A DNA stretch of 56,023 nt. Source: a virus. Taxonomy: Duplodnaviria; Caudoviricetes. Position numbers and translations under genes: made by a program. The stretch lies in IMG/VR virus record IMGVR_UViG_3300025282_000041, positions 1 through 56,023 of that record. One strand, written 5' to 3'. The notes under the pieces were generated by a model. That model did no database searches, was not told the DNA's origin, and worked only from the letters and a program-made list of their open reading frames with translations. Below, piece by piece: positions 21,496-31,267 of this stretch (within the stretch, counting starts at the first letter, position 1; each line of letters begins with the position of its first letter).

Positions 21496-23324
21496 TGGCA
21501 TCAACACAGGCATTCCCACCGAAGGGCCGACAGGACACCATATTCAACGAGGTGACATCAGTTATTCGTGTCCCTGCATTCGTGGACAACACCGTTCTCC
21601 ATGCTGAATACACGCGTGAGCGAAGCAACACCAAGGGAACCATACTCAAGGTCACACCACCGTTGGGAACGGACTTCCAGTATGCACACGACCGAACATA
21701 CAGCCTCATAGAGGAGCAGGACGGTCTGCGCCTCACACACCCTACGCGTGATGGCTCACGATACACCGGGGCCATCTACTTCGATGGGAACAAGTTGTCA
21801 TCATCCTCAAGCGCCCCCCCGCTGTTGTTGTTCGCAGAGGAGGAGAGTACTGAGCAACGACTGCGGCCCAAGGAGGTGCATACCGCCACCTACGGGTCAA
21901 GGTTGACACTGCAGAACATGAGGGGTCGAACCCTTGAGGGCATCGAGTTCACTGAAAAGACTGTGAGGCTAGGTCAAACAGTGGATATAGGTCTACGCAC
22001 CACAGACCTGATTCAACAACTGTTCATCGGAGTCCCACACTCATTGAACTCGGTTGACATCGGGTTGTCATTCACCGGGCCTCGTGGGGGTGCGACTAGT
22101 ACAAACTACAAGGGCGCAGACCTCGTGCGACACTCGACGAGGTTCCTGTCCGCCAACTTCCAAGGCGTTAATCTCATATCAGCACTGCGATTCGTAGGTC
22201 GTCATGATGGACACACCATGTTCTACGACCGATTTGGAAACCTCCTCTATGCTCCATCAGTGTTCCTGTTGACCGACCGGACACTCGGGGAAACCACAGG
22301 GGTCAACTCTGTTCAAAGCGAACCATTGGTGGGGCTCGCCAACCGTCTGAAGATTCTGGGCAAACAACGAGCCAACAATGATGATATAGTGGTGGTGGTG
22401 GATGATGGAGAACTACAGAAGAAGCAAGGTTCAATCAAGACGATGGAGATATTAGACCCTGTGGTACGAACTGAGACGGCTGCTCGTAGGGTGGCCGGTG
22501 AGTACCTCCGCATGAACCGTAAGGCACAGAATGTGCTGCGAAGCAAGGGTCACATCAACTCATGGGACATCGGCCCCGGCGATGTCGTCCACTACAAGGC
22601 CCCGTCCACTGGCTCACAGCGGTATGTGGCGGTGTTGGAGGCGACCCACTCCCTGCGTGACCACACCACCGACCTCGACTTCACCACCTTTGAGACTGGT
22701 ATCGAGAGAATGCTCACCGGATTCACAGGTAGGGGTGAGTTGCAGAACGACCTGACCGAACCAGACCTGACGCAGCAAATCCGCACACTACAGAACAGCA
22801 ACACCGGAAGCATCGGTCTGTTCGTCATCCCATCCGTCAGCACCTTCACCCTCGTCGGGGCGTTAGCCCGGAACCACAGCGATGACATCAAGACAGTGAA
22901 CAACGCCACGCCCGACAAACACGCAGGGTTCATCATCGGTCATAGGTACTCGCAAGGCAACATCACTTCTGCCATCGGTACGACAGACATGACTAAGGCA
23001 GCGCGTGGTGCCATTGGTGTAGGTGCGTCATTGTCCACCAAGATTGCTGGTAGTGGGTCAGCACAGTACATCCATGCGACCAAACTGTTGACTGTGGCAT
23101 CTACTGACGGATTCCCTGCAACTGGTACGATAATGATTGTTGCACAAGATGACAGCCTAGCATACTCAGCAGCATATGACGCCATCACTAGCACGACATT
23201 CCATATCGTGACCTCGTTTGGCGCTGATAAAACATGGACGAATGACGCAAGGGTAATCTATGCTCGCCCCCGCTCACACGAGACGAGGGTATGCCGCTCT
23301 AGAAGGAAGGTGCTGACAAAATGA
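21495..23324 (+). CDS. Putative baseplate hub / Tal-like tail protein
   Basis: Hub-like segments FYDRFGNLLY, ANRLKILG, AARRVAGEYLR and DIGPGDVV; start overlaps the stop of the giant gene. Confidence 0.55.
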   Translation: MASTQAFPPKGRQDTIFNEVTSVIRVPAFVDNTVLHAEYTRERSNTKGTILKVTPPLGTDFQYAHDRTYSLIEEQDGLRLTHPTRDGSRYTGAIYFDGNKLSSSSSAPPLLLFAEEESTEQRLRPKEVHTATYGSRLTLQNMRGRTLEGIEFTEKTVRLGQTVDIGLRTTDLIQQLFIGVPHSLNSVDIGLSFTGPRGGATSTNYKGADLVRHSTRFLSANFQGVNLISALRFVGRHDGHTMFYDRFGNLLYAPSVFLLTDRTLGETTGVNSVQSEPLVGLANRLKILGKQRANNDDIVVVVDDGELQKKQGSIKTMEILDPVVRTETAARRVAGEYLRMNRKAQNVLRSKGHINSWDIGPGDVVHYKAPSTGSQRYVAVLEATHSLRDHTTDLDFTTFETGIERMLTGFTGRGELQNDLTEPDLTQQIRTLQNSNTGSIGLFVIPSVSTFTLVGALARNHSDDIKTVNNATPDKHAGFIIGHRYSQGNITSAIGTTDMTKAARGAIGVGASLSTKIAGSGSAQYIHATKLLTVASTDGFPATGTIMIVAQDDSLAYSAAYDAITSTTFHIVTSFGADKTWTNDARVIYARPRSHETRVCRSRRKVLTK

Positions 23325-23698
23325 TGCCGATGGAAGCAGCGTGGCGCGTGTTGAAGGGACGCGCCTTCCATAACGATGAGTATTTGGCGGCGGCGAAGGA
23401 GGCCGACCTCGCAGTGCGGGCTTTGGAGGCCGTGGAAGACACGCGTTACACATGGGAGGAAATTGCCCCTTTATGGGAGAGGATGAAAACCACAGTCACG
23501 GCTCTCGGGCAACTCAAGGATGCTCACTATGGAACCAACAACGAGACCGAGCGTTTGGGAGGAGCGTTCGCACGACATGAGGCATACGGGGAGGAAAACG
23601 ACCAATTATCACAGCAGTGGTGGCACGACCTTTTCAATCCGACTATGATAGACGATGATTTGAGAGCAGGTAGGTATTGGGAGAGCGGTGAACAGTGA
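23321..23698 (+). CDS. Hypothetical protein with MMPMEAAWRVLK leader
   Basis: Translationally coupled ORF; shares its N-terminal leader with the next two genes. Confidence 0.7.
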   Translation: MMPMEAAWRVLKGRAFHNDEYLAAAKEADLAVRALEAVEDTRYTWEEIAPLWERMKTTVTALGQLKDAHYGTNNETERLGGAFARHEAYGEENDQLSQQWWHDLFNPTMIDDDLRAGRYWESGEQ

Positions 23699-23731
23699 TG
23701 CCGATGGAAGCAGCGTGGGCTGTGTTGAAGG
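23322..23731 (+). repeat. 36-bp direct repeat encoding the shared leader (23322-23357 and 23696-23731)
   Basis: tgatgccgatggaagcagcgtgg-cgc/gct-gtgttgaagg, 33/36 identical. Confidence 0.9.
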
Positions 23732-24615
23732 CAGTAGCGGGGCAACCAACATTCCCTGTTACCCATCATTCTCATCCTACGCGTGGTCTAGCCGCTATGG
23801 AGGGATTCAAACCTCGCAGCATTGCAGGACTACCAACACCATTAAACTATTATGGTGGTAAAGGATGGTTAGTGCCTCAGTTGAGAGAATTATATGAGCC
23901 ATTCCGAGATACACACTCGTTCCATGATGTGTTTGGTGGCTCTGGTGCAGCAATTATGGGTGTAAATCCAAAGCATGGTTCGTGGAATGATACTAGTTCT
24001 CCTCTTGTTAATTTCCAAAGACATTTGAAACGAGGTTTAACTATCCCTAACTTTGGTCCTAATACAAAGGATAACTATAAGCAATTGAAAGATAGATATA
24101 ACCATCTACAAATGACTGACCCTCATTCAGTAGAAGCGGCTCAATTATACTTTGCACTTAACAGAAGAGGACACAGTGGATTGATGGAACATAACAAGCA
24201 AGGAAGGCTAATGTCATCTGGTGGTCATGGTAGTCCAAACTTAGAGAGAGCCTTTGATTTAACATCATACAAACGACCAATGCATAGATGGAAAATAGAC
24301 AACCGAGATTTCCGTGATGTTATGCGAGGTCTTGGTCGTAATTCTTTTGGATATATTGACCCACCATACCCTAAGAGACAAGGGCAATATGGACAAGGTG
24401 GATTTGGAGATGAACTACAAACGGCTGTGCGGGATGCAGCGTTAGCACACCCCGGCCCTGTGGTAGTATCAAATTATGCTACACCAGAAATGCTAGAACT
24501 ATACCAAGATGATTTTGATATAGAAACAAAGACACCTAGACAAGGAATGCTTGGGGCTAACAAAAGAATAACACAACAGATTCCAGAAATGATAGCGAGG
24601 AGGATTGATGAATGA
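23695..24615 (+). CDS. Dam-like (D12-class) DNA adenine methyltransferase with leader
   Basis: PLNYYGGKGWL, DVFGGSGA (motif I), WND, YIDPPY (motif IV), VVSNY. AT-richer than its flanks. Confidence 0.85.
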   Translation: MMPMEAAWAVLKAVAGQPTFPVTHHSHPTRGLAAMEGFKPRSIAGLPTPLNYYGGKGWLVPQLRELYEPFRDTHSFHDVFGGSGAAIMGVNPKHGSWNDTSSPLVNFQRHLKRGLTIPNFGPNTKDNYKQLKDRYNHLQMTDPHSVEAAQLYFALNRRGHSGLMEHNKQGRLMSSGGHGSPNLERAFDLTSYKRPMHRWKIDNRDFRDVMRGLGRNSFGYIDPPYPKRQGQYGQGGFGDELQTAVRDAALAHPGPVVVSNYATPEMLELYQDDFDIETKTPRQGMLGANKRITQQIPEMIARRIDE

Positions 24616-25055
24616 AACCAATTGATGTTGCTTGGGTAGTGTTGAAACGCCAAACCAAATTATACAATTGGATTGAGGATTATCCAGATAAACAACCTGT
24701 GAAGTATTATCATGGTTCACATGAAAAAGTCAGACCATTGATTCATCAACAAGGTCTTGTTCCACAGAATGAATATGCGAATAATGAAGATTGGTTTAGA
24801 CAACTTGATGACCACCCTGACCCACAATACCATATCTCAGATGAAGAGTGGGAGAAGATGGTAGCGGAACATGACCCGACTGTATCATTCACCCCTAGTG
24901 AAGATTTTGCTCAGGCATTTGGTTCAGATATGTGGGGTATTCGTGGGGAACCACTAGATACATCACACCCTGCGAAGATAAAACAAGATAGTGAATCAAG
25001 AACAAAACAGATTATACCACCAGAACAATTGGTGTTTTTAGGAGGGAAAAAATAA
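24612..25055 (+). CDS. Putative ADP-ribosyltransferase (ART/Tpt1-like fold) with leader
   Basis: YYHGS-x7-I-x3-GLVP, VSFT-x4-FAxAFG and C-terminal ESR...IPPEQL follow the pattern of ART-fold phage proteins. Confidence 0.6.
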   Translation: MKPIDVAWVVLKRQTKLYNWIEDYPDKQPVKYYHGSHEKVRPLIHQQGLVPQNEYANNEDWFRQLDDHPDPQYHISDEEWEKMVAEHDPTVSFTPSEDFAQAFGSDMWGIRGEPLDTSHPAKIKQDSESRTKQIIPPEQLVFLGGKK

Positions 25056-25405
25056 TGCCAGTATTGAACCACGCTAGACGGTTTTTAGTAGACCAACTAG
25101 CAGCGAAAATTAATGAACTGGTCATCGGTAGTGATGGCACACAGGCGAGCGCAGATGATGGAGGAGCGAGGGCGTTGGCACGAATCGTTCCCACGGTCAG
25201 GGTGTTGGATGACCAGACAATCCTCGTGGAGGGCAGGTTCGGAACGACCTATGACTTCCCCAAGAGTGATGTACAGGAGGTCGTGTTGCAGCACAAGGAC
25301 GCATCCACTGATGAGTTCATCCCCATATACCGCACCGACATCAGGGCAATCACCAAGAACACGCAGAACGAATTACACTTTTCATTCCTTATCGAGGTGA
25401 GTTAG
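25055..25405 (+). CDS. Putative tail/baseplate structural protein
   Basis: INELVIGSDGTQASADD...LAR resembles tail-fibre attachment N-termini; located in the tail module. Confidence 0.45.
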   Translation: MPVLNHARRFLVDQLAAKINELVIGSDGTQASADDGGARALARIVPTVRVLDDQTILVEGRFGTTYDFPKSDVQEVVLQHKDASTDEFIPIYRTDIRAITKNTQNELHFSFLIEVS

Positions 25406-26758
25406 ATGGTCAACCCCAAGTCCGGTCACACAGCAGCGAACATCACCCTAGGGGTGGATGGACTACGAGATGGTGATGTGATTACATCTCCGTCACTCAC
25501 CAACCTAGTGGAGGGCATTCATGGCAACGGTATCCTACGCCTACAGGATGGTGCGAGGGACCAAGCCAACCGGAACGAGGTGATGACCAACGCACCGGGC
25601 CATTGTGAGCGGTTGTCTGCGTACACCTTGAGGGTTCATGGTGGGTTCTGTGTGTTGGATGGCGCACTGTACCAGTTCGCAGGTGGACCGGGGAGCAACA
25701 TCACCCTCACACTGGAGAACGCTCAGAACTATGTGACGAGCACTGCGCTGGCATCTGGTGAGGAGGTGGTGTATGTCATCTACCTCGTGGGGAACTCCAA
25801 TGCATCCGTCAGCAACAGCCGTGTCAGGGTGCTTGGTGGAACACCCACTACCACATCAACAGGCGTGTTCCCTCCTGTGCCAGACGGATTCCTGACCGAC
25901 CCCATCACCGGAGTGACCGAGAAGAATGCCCAGACGACCGTTCTGGCGGTCGTACGGGCCATCCACAACCCATCGGGTGGGGGTGGTGACCTTATCGACA
26001 TAGTTGAGGTCAATGACAAGCGAGTGTTTTTGCACACCACCCCACAGTACATGACTCCACTCACCACATCATCTACTACTGCGGGTGCATCCACCGTAGT
26101 GCGCGCATACAACACAGGTGTCAACAACGATGTTCAGTTGAAGAACTTGGAGTATGGTGCAGGTCATGATGAACAGGGCGACTTCGGCGGCACCACCAGT
26201 TCAAACAGGATTGATGTGTCTGCTATATGGGTCAGTCATCAGAACTGGAAGGCGTCGATTAACGATGCCACTAACCCCACTCCCCCATCATCTGGTCCTG
26301 ACTTTGGTTTGGGACCACAGGGCGGATACGACTCGACTACGGCCACCTATGCTGATGCACAGACACCCACTGATGTGTTGTACTATTCAGGTCAGGGCAA
26401 TGCAAAACAATCATTGGCGGCAGGTGGGGCAATGACCACTGTTAGGTTGGGTTCAAAAGGAGTAGACAAGTTTCAACTGACTACAAGTGGCAACAAGGTA
26501 TGGAAGTTCACATCATACGGCGACCAAGTATTCATCACTGATTGTACTACAGCACCATCTGGTACTACACATACACTTGATTACACACCAGACGGTGAGT
26601 TCCCTGAGGGTCACATGATATGGATTCAGAATACAAATGGTTCGCATGACAACATTCGATTCAATGGCACTGGTATATCGAATCAGATTATTGAAGCAGG
26701 CAAGACCGCACAGTATGTGTTCGATGGACAGACATGGTATCGTCTATCCTATGTCTGA
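25406..26758 (+). CDS. Putative tail fibre / receptor-binding protein
   Basis: G/T-rich. N-terminal LRVHGGFCVLDG...LAVV...DKR attachment-like segment and C-terminal beta domain ending YVFDGQTWY; last gene of the + strand operon. Confidence 0.5.
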   Translation: MVNPKSGHTAANITLGVDGLRDGDVITSPSLTNLVEGIHGNGILRLQDGARDQANRNEVMTNAPGHCERLSAYTLRVHGGFCVLDGALYQFAGGPGSNITLTLENAQNYVTSTALASGEEVVYVIYLVGNSNASVSNSRVRVLGGTPTTTSTGVFPPVPDGFLTDPITGVTEKNAQTTVLAVVRAIHNPSGGGGDLIDIVEVNDKRVFLHTTPQYMTPLTTSSTTAGASTVVRAYNTGVNNDVQLKNLEYGAGHDEQGDFGGTTSSNRIDVSAIWVSHQNWKASINDATNPTPPSSGPDFGLGPQGGYDSTTATYADAQTPTDVLYYSGQGNAKQSLAAGGAMTTVRLGSKGVDKFQLTTSGNKVWKFTSYGDQVFITDCTTAPSGTTHTLDYTPDGEFPEGHMIWIQNTNGSHDNIRFNGTGISNQIIEAGKTAQYVFDGQTWYRLSYV

Positions 26759-26767
26759 TGGCATCAA

Positions 26768-26938
26768 CTAATCTAGTTCATCACGCTGCGGGTTCTGCCA
26801 CAGGTGATGACACTCGGGGCATTCCCATATCAGGATGCGGTTGAGGGTGCGAATGTACTTGCCGATGATGCGTATAGCGAACACCCGCTCCCCGCACACC
26901 TCGCATTCCTGCTTCAGTGCCTCAAGCAGTTTGCCCAT
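26768..26938 (-). CDS. Small zinc-ribbon protein
   Basis: CEVC...CPEC; ATG at 26938 preferred. Confidence 0.55.
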   Translation of the reverse strand: MGKLLEALKQECEVCGERVFAIRIIGKYIRTLNRILIWECPECHHLWQNPQRDELD

Positions 26939-28430
26939 TCTGCTCCTCGTCTCCCCGCCGTCCGATGATGTCATCTATGCGTAGGATAGCAATGGCGACC
27001 TCGGTTGCCGACTGTATGGCCTGTCGCACCACACGGTACGGTTCTATGACACCTTCCAACGACATGTCAACCATGTCACCGGACTCAATGTCGGGTGCGT
27101 AGTGTGCCAGTTCACAGGCCTCGACCTTGATTGCTATATCGAGGGGGTTGTGTCCCGCGTTCTCGGCAATCGTTATCGGTATGGAAAGCAATGATTCGGC
27201 ATACGCCTCAACAGCAAGGCGGATTCTACCATCCTCGATGTCGGTATTGATGTGGTGGCTGATGTATGAGAACGCACTGCCGCCACCGGCAACCACCATC
27301 TGGTCACGGTAGGCTAATGATGAGACTCCTATGGCATCATCGAATGCCCGCTCCAACTCATCCACCGTCTGTCGCGTGGCACCACGCAGGACGAGAGTGA
27401 CGACATCGGGTTTGTCGACCTCGATGGTGACGAATCGAATGTCACCTATCTCCTTCTCCACCACCGACGCATCACCGAGCGAGTCGGGGTTCGCATCCTC
27501 GGTCATGTGATAGATGGGTGAGCCGGTTAGATGGCTGATTGCCTGTAGGTCGGTGGTTGGCACTCGTGTCACGATGCCGATTCCCTCCTGTGCCAGTGTG
27601 TGGATGACCGCCTCATGCACATTGTCCCGCACGAACACGGATACCACACCAAGGCTGATGATTGACTGGGCGCGCTCTACAAGCATACGAGTCTCAGCAA
27701 TCTGGAACTGCTGCACCGCATCCATCGACCCCAGTTGCACACGCATCGAGTCATGCATGGGTGGGGGTGTTAGACCTGTGTTGACCAGCAGCACCCCGCC
27801 ACGCAGGTCTGTGGGGTTGGCGGTCGAGCCGAACTCCTTGTTGAGAATCACGCCGTCGAACAGGTGTGAGTCATCCAATGACCCACCAACCTGACTGATG
27901 ACCTTGATGCGTGACTCGTCTCCCTTGGTGAGTTCAATGGCATTGACACACAGTTCTGCCACATGTTCGATGTTCTGCTCTGCGGCCTTTCCGGTTACTG
28001 CTGTTGTGGCGACTGCCCTCAGGTCCACCTCGTCCAACTTCAGGTCATCCAACAGACGCAGCGCCTGTTGCGAAGCCTTCCGGTATCCATTGCAGATGGT
28101 GTTCGGGTGTATCCCCTTGACCAGAAGCCCCTCGGTGTTCTCCAACAACTTACCTGCAATGACAACCACGCTCGTTGTGCCATCCCTACATTCAACCTCC
28201 TGTGTCTTTGACATGTTCACGACCATCTGCGCACCCGGATGTGCTACATCCAGTTCACGCAGTATCGTCGCTCCATCATTACTCACCACGAAGTGTCCTC
28301 GTGGGTCTACGCACATCTTGTCCATACCCAATGGCCCAAGCGTGGAACGGACAGTATTCGCTACCGCGATTGCTGCCTTTATGTTCAACTGCTGTGCCTT
28401 TTGTGTAGTGGTGTCTCTCCCTTCTCCCAT
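26922..28430 (-). CDS. Group II chaperonin (thermosome subunit)
   Basis: STLGPLGMDK, SNDGATIL, RDGTTSVV, VAGGG, ILRIDD and a helical-protrusion region; RBS GGAGG before ATG 28430. Confidence 0.95.
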   Translation of the reverse strand: MGEGRDTTTQKAQQLNIKAAIAVANTVRSTLGPLGMDKMCVDPRGHFVVSNDGATILRELDVAHPGAQMVVNMSKTQEVECRDGTTSVVVIAGKLLENTEGLLVKGIHPNTICNGYRKASQQALRLLDDLKLDEVDLRAVATTAVTGKAAEQNIEHVAELCVNAIELTKGDESRIKVISQVGGSLDDSHLFDGVILNKEFGSTANPTDLRGGVLLVNTGLTPPPMHDSMRVQLGSMDAVQQFQIAETRMLVERAQSIISLGVVSVFVRDNVHEAVIHTLAQEGIGIVTRVPTTDLQAISHLTGSPIYHMTEDANPDSLGDASVVEKEIGDIRFVTIEVDKPDVVTLVLRGATRQTVDELERAFDDAIGVSSLAYRDQMVVAGGGSAFSYISHHINTDIEDGRIRLAVEAYAESLLSIPITIAENAGHNPLDIAIKVEACELAHYAPDIESGDMVDMSLEGVIEPYRVVRQAIQSATEVAIAILRIDDIIGRRGDEEQNGQTA

Positions 28431-29044
28431 TCCCAATCAACCTCCAAGTCAACTATGTCCCCTGTCCATCTCGACCGGGACTTCACGACTCCTTCCTCAA
28501 CCCCATGCTGCCACAATCCCCAATTTAACCTTGTGTCTTCCAAGCAGTACTTGGCGACCTCAGAATGATGACCATTATTCCATGCCTTTGGTGCGTCAAT
28601 GCTCTTCATCGCACCCTTCCCTTGGCCGAGCGTATGCTTGCACACATCGTCGAGGGTGACAAAGAACGAGTCACCAATCAGTCCGGTGGACTTGCGCAGG
28701 TGTTGAGAGGTATCCAGTATATTGTCACGATGGCTACGCAGTATCTCACCTGCGGCAAAGCAATCGAGCGAGTCCCGAAGAACAGGGAGGTCGAACCGTA
28801 GTATGTTGTGGCCGACCAATGCACCACCAGCCTCGACATGGTTGAGGATGTGGTCACCGAGGATGCGTGGGTGGAGTGCTTCAACGGTGGCGTCCACATC
28901 TATGTCCTCGTTGCAGAACACAGTGGAGTCATGGCCATCATGGGTGGCAACGACTGTGGTCTTGAACAGATGGGTCTTGTCCCAACCACCTATCTCGTAG
29001 GAATAATTACTGGTCTCAATATCGAGAGCAAGAACATCGGACAT
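28385..29044 (-). CDS. RNase H-like (DEDD) 3'-5' exonuclease
   Basis: LDIET, GHNILRFD, YCLED motifs; start coupled (TAATG) to the upstream stop. Confidence 0.8.
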   Translation of the reverse strand: MSDVLALDIETSNYSYEIGGWDKTHLFKTTVVATHDGHDSTVFCNEDIDVDATVEALHPRILGDHILNHVEAGGALVGHNILRFDLPVLRDSLDCFAAGEILRSHRDNILDTSQHLRKSTGLIGDSFFVTLDDVCKHTLGQGKGAMKSIDAPKAWNNGHHSEVAKYCLEDTRLNWGLWQHGVEEGVVKSRSRWTGDIVDLEVDWEWEKGETPLHKRHSS

Positions 29045-30480
29045 TAATCTTCCACCCACTGCACGAACTTTGATACTCCTATGTGAGTCTCATTGAATAA
29101 TTTTTTGGCGTTCTTGAAATGGAGGAACTGGGAGTTGCGACTGATGCCACCATTCTCCAAGGCGTATATGTTCAGTAACTCAGCCTTCCTCACCCAGTCG
29201 CCCTCCTTCTTATCAACTGACACAACCTTGCATGATGCGTAAGCCTTTCGCCACGCCTCCTTCTTTATCTTGCGAGCCTCGGTCGCCTGTGTGAGTTCAA
29301 TCTCGGACTCCAACCAAGTCACCAAGTCCTCGTACAGGTCGTAGATGATTTCAGCCGCCATATCTAAGTGGTCACCTGTGACTTTGTAGTCTCTCACCTC
29401 ACCATGTTGGGTGTACTGCTCAAGCAGTGCGATGTGGACTGAAAATATGATGGTGTAGTTCAACAGGTTGGGGATGAACGCGGCACACACACTCATCATC
29501 TGCTCGTTCATCAACCTGACCAGTTCGTACATATGGTCCTTGTGTGCATTCAGGAGGGGGTGGTAGTCATTGCTGAAGACCCACACATCATACATGACGC
29601 TCTGCACCAATGCCTCCTGACCAGTGGGGATTTGGTTAATTTCATCGAACTCAAGGTTCCCCCACTCTATCAGGGTTATGTCTGCGAGAGATAGTATTCG
29701 GTCACGATAGTTCTTTCGTATGGTTCGGAAGTAATCTCTGAACTCACCTATACCATGCTCAAAATCTGGCGGCTTCCTGAACGCCGTATTCATTCGTCGT
29801 TCACTGACATTCTCACGCCGTTCGACTGCCCAAGGCCTGATTAGGAGCAGCACCCGTTGGAACACTCCCTTGCCTAACACGACCTCACGCACACCATCGG
29901 GTGGGAATGTAGTCAACCATAGTGATATACGAGACTCAGTATTAATCTCACCATCCTTCAAAAGTTTAGTGAGTATGTTGGCACGAGTCCCGACGGCGTT
30001 CAACGCTTGTTGCAGGTATAGGATGACCTCCTGCAGATGCCTGTTTTTTGTGTCAAACAGGATGCTGCCCTCGTCAATGTTGAGACACTTTTTACCTGCA
30101 AGAGCGCCGGGTATCAGAGTTGTTTGTGTTCCTTCACTAGTCTCCTCCTTGTTCCAAGAGCCGATGAGTGCTGCGTCGGAGCCTGTGGTGAAATTGGCTA
30201 TGTCAATCCCAATCTCCTCAATCACTTCTCCGGTGTGCTCCCACCCAATCGTCTTACCAGACCTCGTTGGCTGTATCCAGAACAGGTGGACACGCGGGTC
30301 TTGGTGTGAACCCCCAATGGGTATTCTCGTGAGGTCCACCAAGACCTGACCCTGCGCATAGAAGAATGATATGAGCCCCGCCATATCATTGTAGTACGAC
30401 ACATTGCCGAACACATTTATGTAATCTCTCAACAACGGAAACCGTTGCACCACTTGATAATCTTCCCAATTCCTTGCCAT
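29044..30480 (-). CDS. MCM-like AAA+ helicase lacking the usual N-terminal domain
   Basis: HLFWIQPTRSGKT (Walker A), GSDAALIGS, PGAL...LNIDE (Walker B), FQRVLL (Arg finger region). Confidence 0.65.
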   Translation of the reverse strand: MARNWEDYQVVQRFPLLRDYINVFGNVSYYNDMAGLISFFYAQGQVLVDLTRIPIGGSHQDPRVHLFWIQPTRSGKTIGWEHTGEVIEEIGIDIANFTTGSDAALIGSWNKEETSEGTQTTLIPGALAGKKCLNIDEGSILFDTKNRHLQEVILYLQQALNAVGTRANILTKLLKDGEINTESRISLWLTTFPPDGVREVVLGKGVFQRVLLLIRPWAVERRENVSERRMNTAFRKPPDFEHGIGEFRDYFRTIRKNYRDRILSLADITLIEWGNLEFDEINQIPTGQEALVQSVMYDVWVFSNDYHPLLNAHKDHMYELVRLMNEQMMSVCAAFIPNLLNYTIIFSVHIALLEQYTQHGEVRDYKVTGDHLDMAAEIIYDLYEDLVTWLESEIELTQATEARKIKKEAWRKAYASCKVVSVDKKEGDWVRKAELLNIYALENGGISRNSQFLHFKNAKKLFNETHIGVSKFVQWVED

Positions 30481-30503
30481 GATATTCTCTCCGTGTAATT
30501 ATG

Positions 30504-30525
30504 ATGGGTTGTCAAAGGTATTTAA
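30504..30525 (-). promoter_or_regulatory. Conserved viral promoter TTAAATACCTTTGACAACCCAT
   Basis: TATA box plus shared downstream element, upstream of the MCM-like gene. Confidence 0.7.
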
Positions 30526-30558
30526 TGTCCAATACAACCGATGATACAATTAATACAA

Positions 30559-31263
30559 TCATTGTTTCCTCACCCTCTCAACTTTCACAGGCTCCTCAGA
30601 TGAGAGGGCCTCCAACAGGCGGGCGCGCAGCACCTTTCCCATGCGTGGGACATCCTTCAGCGCGTCAGGTTCCAGCATCTCCTCGATGCTACCACAGTGC
30701 TTCAGCAGGTTGTCCACCATGTCCTCACCGAACCCCGGTATGGTCAGCAACATGTCCGCTCGCACATCGTTAGTAGATACCCTGCGCACCGCTCGCCCTC
30801 CATGACGGGAGGCTGGTCGCTCCAACTTGTCGTGGAGGCTGACGATGTATGACGACGCCTCCAGCACATTGGTCGCACGAACGACGGTGAACCCGAAGTC
30901 CGCAGTGATGCGGGCAAGCACACTCATCACCTCCCTCGACACGCGTGTGAAGTTCATCTTTGAGTGGGGCGCACGACGCTTTAGTTGGGACAGGTATGCG
31001 GCCACATCACCCCACACGACGACTGCGCCTTGGTCTATGTTGGCATCCATGTTGTCGAGTTGTCGCCACAGGTGACCAGACCTTGAACTCTCGATGAGGT
31101 CTGCGATTGTCTTGGCCTCGATGGAGCAGCCACCTGCCTCGTAGTCACCCACCACCAACTGCTGCTTGCGGTATGGGACTGGTGGCCTTCGTGAGTCACA
31201 CCGATTGATGATGGCGTCGGTCAACTTGCTACGCTCGTTGGTGTCAATCAAGAGGTCGGACAT
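30559..31263 (-). CDS. ERCC4/XPF-family nuclease with tandem HhH motifs
   Basis: IDTNE, GDY...IEAKT..DL, QL; C-terminal IPGFG and VPRMG HhH motifs. Confidence 0.85.
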   Translation of the reverse strand: MSDLLIDTNERSKLTDAIINRCDSRRPPVPYRKQQLVVGDYEAGGCSIEAKTIADLIESSRSGHLWRQLDNMDANIDQGAVVVWGDVAAYLSQLKRRAPHSKMNFTRVSREVMSVLARITADFGFTVVRATNVLEASSYIVSLHDKLERPASRHGGRAVRRVSTNDVRADMLLTIPGFGEDMVDNLLKHCGSIEEMLEPDALKDVPRMGKVLRARLLEALSSEEPVKVERVRKQ

Positions 31264-31267
31264 GGTA

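Noticed and set aside
3876-23194. Many antisense and alternate-frame ORFs over the giant gene and other long genes
   Set aside because: Shadow ORFs with no recognisable motifs or ribosome-binding sites, overlapping well-supported genes.
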